From Lama guanicoe (lineage: Eukaryota), in the NCBI GenBank assembly GCA_013239625.1, contig MU053881.1, positions 3,741,957-3,805,956 on the forward strand: 64,000 nucleotides of DNA, written 5' to 3'. The position numbers and the translations under genes are program-made. The notes under the pieces were generated by a model. It was not told the DNA's origin and did no database searches. It saw nothing but the letters and a program-made list of their open reading frames with translations. Position 1 is the stretch's first letter; the number at the start of each line of letters is the position of its first letter. Below, one piece after another: positions 60,596 to 64,000 of this stretch.

Positions 60596-62449
60596 ATGCA
60601 AACTTGGGAGAGGTGCCTCTTTATGGCTTCATTCCACAAGCAAATCGGAATGATCTAATCCCCTCTTACTTGATTGGCTCTTTTCTCTTTCTTGTTTGCA
60701 GCCAGAGAAACATTTCAAATTCCACAGTAAGTACCAGGTAGGAAGATGCAGAGATAGAGAAGGAAATCTATGTACAAAGTTGAGCACTCCTAACGGAATG
60801 TCGCCCGAAATATCAAACCTGGGGGCAAAGACATGGAAAAAATGAGTAAAATTTAGAATCCATCTGAAGAGCTCTTCAAAGTCCATTTTCCTTTTGCACT
60901 TTTCTCTAAATGTCATCGAGATAAATAGATGTTCCTCAACTGGGGAAAATTCAGATTGCAGAGAAATATTCAGGTCATATGCACCTATTCAGCACTCGCT
61001 GAGGGCCAGCCGACCCGAAGATGAAGGAAGGGCATACAGGTCTCCCAGTCTTACGGCGAAAACAGAAGGGGGAGGAAAGGTGTGAGGCCACCCAGTGGTG
61101 AGAGGGGGTGGGAGAGGCGGTGCTGTGGGGGTGGAGCGGGGCTGGGTCAGAGCAGCTCCAGAGGAGACAACAGCCAAGGCAATGATGAGGTGAAATGCGC
61201 AAGTTGGTCAGATTCCCCGGTGGCATCCTTTCGGATTTGCTCTTTGCAAGCCCAGAAACAGACATTCACCGGCTAATTGAGGCAGAGAAGGAATATATGG
61301 GAAGGAGGCTGAGCAGCTCACAAAATGGACAGGGAGCTAGACTTGGAAAAGAGTAGAACTGGGGGTGCTCTGGGGATCCTGGGAGCCGGAGCTCGCAGAC
61401 AGCCTCATCGGCAGTAGGAAGGAACGTATTTCAACTGTTTCTTTGTTTTTCCTTTGTCTGTGTCACCTGGCTTAAAGATTCTAAGTCCAGGGAGGGAAGA
61501 CTTGATGGTACCGACTGAGATCACATGCACACCTGAGACTCCAAGGAGCGGGCAGGACTTTTGGGTGACAGCCGCCTATGACCACACCTAGAGGGGGAGC
61601 CATGATTCTCCAAGTAGAAAGTGATGACAGAGATCAACAGCATCCATGACTATGTGCACGGCAGTGAGTGAAAGAGGGTCCCAGACAATGCCGCTCCAGC
61701 CCCCTTTGGTCCTGGGTGTATCGGCATTTAGTCTACGCCAGGCCCGGCATTAGGCACCAAGAGATGAGTAAGATTGATCTGAAATGAATTGAACCTGGGG
61801 TTGTGAACAGATTCTTTGATGCCAAACCCCTGCCTCTAGGAGTGAATGGCCTGGAGGGGCAGGAAGCATGGAAGCTGGAGGAACAGAGGGACAACCGGGT
61901 GCCTCAGTGGGGGATGGGGGAGAGGGAGTAGGTCCTCACTGATGTTCGCTGGAGGTCAGAATTACCAGGACAAGGAGAGCCTCACTCAGCACCTGAAGGC
62001 TCAAAAAGTGGCCCCATCCTCCCCAAGCCATTTTGACACCCATCCCAAGTCGGTCTCAAGGCCTGTTTGGCCAAGACATCCCCAGAACCAGATTATCCAA
62101 GCATAGAATGTTGGGCCAATCCCGGGACAGGTCAGGACTAGGAGGCACAGCCCAACAGTCCCACCCTGGGTTGTCACAGGTCAGGTGGTCTCCTACCTCC
62201 TTTTCCAGAAGCCACATGGCAGGAGCCCCATGGCCCAATCGATGGCCAGGTGACCAGGCACATAGCAGGTGTTCAACAAATAGCTATGGAAGAGAGGAAG
62301 AGACGGGGGAGGGATGGAAGGAACTCATAACCAGACAGAATGGATTTTTAAATGACCAAGTAAAGTGGAAGTGGAACACTAAGTAAACAAATGAGTGACT
62401 TCTACAGGGATAAGGGAAAAGGGAAAAAAATGAATGCACGAAGATTTAA

Positions 62450-62600
62450 GAGAATCCAAACTCTGCCATTTACTAGCTGTGAGATCCTAGGCCAATTACT
62501 TAACCTCTCGGGGCCTCAGTTTCCTCATCTGTAAAATGGGGCTCATTTGGACACCTCTCCCCTAGAGGAGAGTCACTGTCAGGATGAATGCAAAGCCCTC
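62450..62600 (+). mobile_element. MIR SINE
   Basis: 'ctgccatttactagctgtg...ttacttaacctctcggggcctcagtttcctcatctgtaaaatgggg'. Confidence 0.9.
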
Positions 62601-63449
62601 AGCTCCGAGGGAGCGCTCCAGGCACATCAGCTGTGGTAACTGATGGGCGAACGGTCCAAAGTGAACGAAAGAATAAAGGAAATGAAGACAGCGGGGATGA
62701 GGAGACAGTGGAAGGCCTTCACTGGTCACCTCTCCATCCTTGGTGGCCAGCAAGGGCTGGGGACTGTCTGCCTCGCAGACAGGGTCGCTCCCTCCCTCCC
62801 GCCCTGTGCAGGCCCAGCCTGTTTGATTTCAGGAGGAAGATAAGATGCCTGGGCTGCTTTTTCATCTTCTCCAGGCCCTCCCCCAGCTCACCACCCCCTT
62901 GGCAATTGGGGCCTTCAAAGTCCCTGCTGGCTCCAGATCTGCAGATAATCGTTTACTGTAATCCTACCCAGGAAAGAAGCTGATAAAGTCCAGATGGAGC
63001 GTGAGGTCTTCAAACTCACTTTCTCTGCTCCGATAACACCGGGGCCTCTGGGGAGACCCCTTTCTCTCAGGAAGAGAGGAAAAGTGGTCAGTGTTCGCGT
63101 AGTACACGCGCTGTGGGAGGGGATGTTCATTCACTAGGGAAGCGCCTTGCTTTCCTGGGGCCGATGGGTGGATGGGTAGAGAAGGAGCCCTAGCTTTGGA
63201 GTCAGATCAACCCGGATTCCAAGCCCAGCTCAACACTGCAGTAAAATGTCAGCATGAAACTGTTCCAGGGTGCTGTGAAGGTTCGGGGGTACACTGGGTG
63301 TGGAAAGACCTGGGCTGGCACAGTTTCGGTCCCTCCCTTGGTCAGAATTCTCCATGTGGTCCAGGAAGGCCCCCGAGCATCTGAGCTCCAGGATGGAGAC
63401 CAGCTGGCTCCCTGGACCTGCCCTCAGCGGACATCCACGGGGCCCTGCC

Positions 63450-63620
63450 CAGGAGTCAAATAGGCCTGAATTTGAATTCAGCTCTCTCACTCACAGGCTG
63501 TGTGATGTTTGGCAGGTTGCCAAACCTCTCTGGGCTTCAGTTTCCTCATCTGTAAAGGGTCTGCTAACAATCCCCACTTCATTGGCTGGTTGCCAGGGGT
63601 CAAATGAAATAGGAAATGAG
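63450..63620 (+). mobile_element. MIR SINE
   Basis: 'gctgtgtgatgtttggcagg...ctctctgggcttcagtttcctcatctgtaaaggg'. Confidence 0.85.
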
Positions 63621-64000
63621 AAATTAGAAAAGTCAGCAAAGCAAGGTGTTACTCCTCTTCTTGACAAATTGGGCCCATGATCCCTCACAGTGGAAGGGCC
63701 ACGTTGTTAGACCTGAGCAGGGAATGCTGGGAACATCCACCCGGTACTGCATTTAGGAGGGTTGATGGGGCCCCTCTGACCCATTTACTCAGGATGGTGG
63801 TGCTCCAGGCCTCACTCACCACCGACTGTTTGTCTGATCCCTGGGGAAGTCCTGAGGCCTGACTGTGCAGACCGGGGTGTGGCTCAGGGACGCAAGGTGG
63901 ATGCATGGGGCAGCAGCAGCTTCAGGCACACCCTGCAAACGGTAAGGGACCAGGCAGGGGCTGGGGGCCCCTGCGGGAGGAGCCTCTGACTTAGCGCGAT

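Noticed and set aside
1..64000. CRISPR array, operon or other novel multi-gene system; assignment to a named gene locus
   Set aside because: No repeat-spacer array or gene cluster is present. The DNA is mammalian non-coding sequence, and I recognise no exon that identifies the locus.

Overview
Mammalian nuclear non-coding DNA, most likely camelid (alpaca/llama/camel). The young SINEs are tRNA-Ala(AGC)-derived Vic-1-type elements (9 copies), and I see no Alu, B1/B2, Bov-A/CHR or Can-SINE. I can support no protein-coding exon, true tRNA, rRNA or CRISPR. The only ORFs with recognisable similarity are L1 ORF2p C-terminal remnants; the rest look like chance frames. The window is an MIR/L2-rich intergenic or deep-intronic region with L1 3' fragments, MaLR (MLT1) LTRs, one intact solo ERV LTR, hAT/Mariner MITEs and microsatellites. 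Between these lie several TE-free, motif-dense blocks that look like enhancers, plus one small orphan CpG island ending in a consensus splice donor. The most interesting items are a four-level nested insertion containing an apparent retrocopied 3'UTR of an unidentified gene (43.0-44.3 kb), the CpG island/candidate first exon (21.2-21.6 kb), the solo LTR (42.0-42.5 kb), a phased triple NR5A site (52.06 kb), a MER53 hairpin retaining a miR-1302-like seed, and an inverted SINE pair. I found no convincing evidence of a novel biological system. Repeat family names come from recalled consensus sequences, and boundaries of old elements are approximate.
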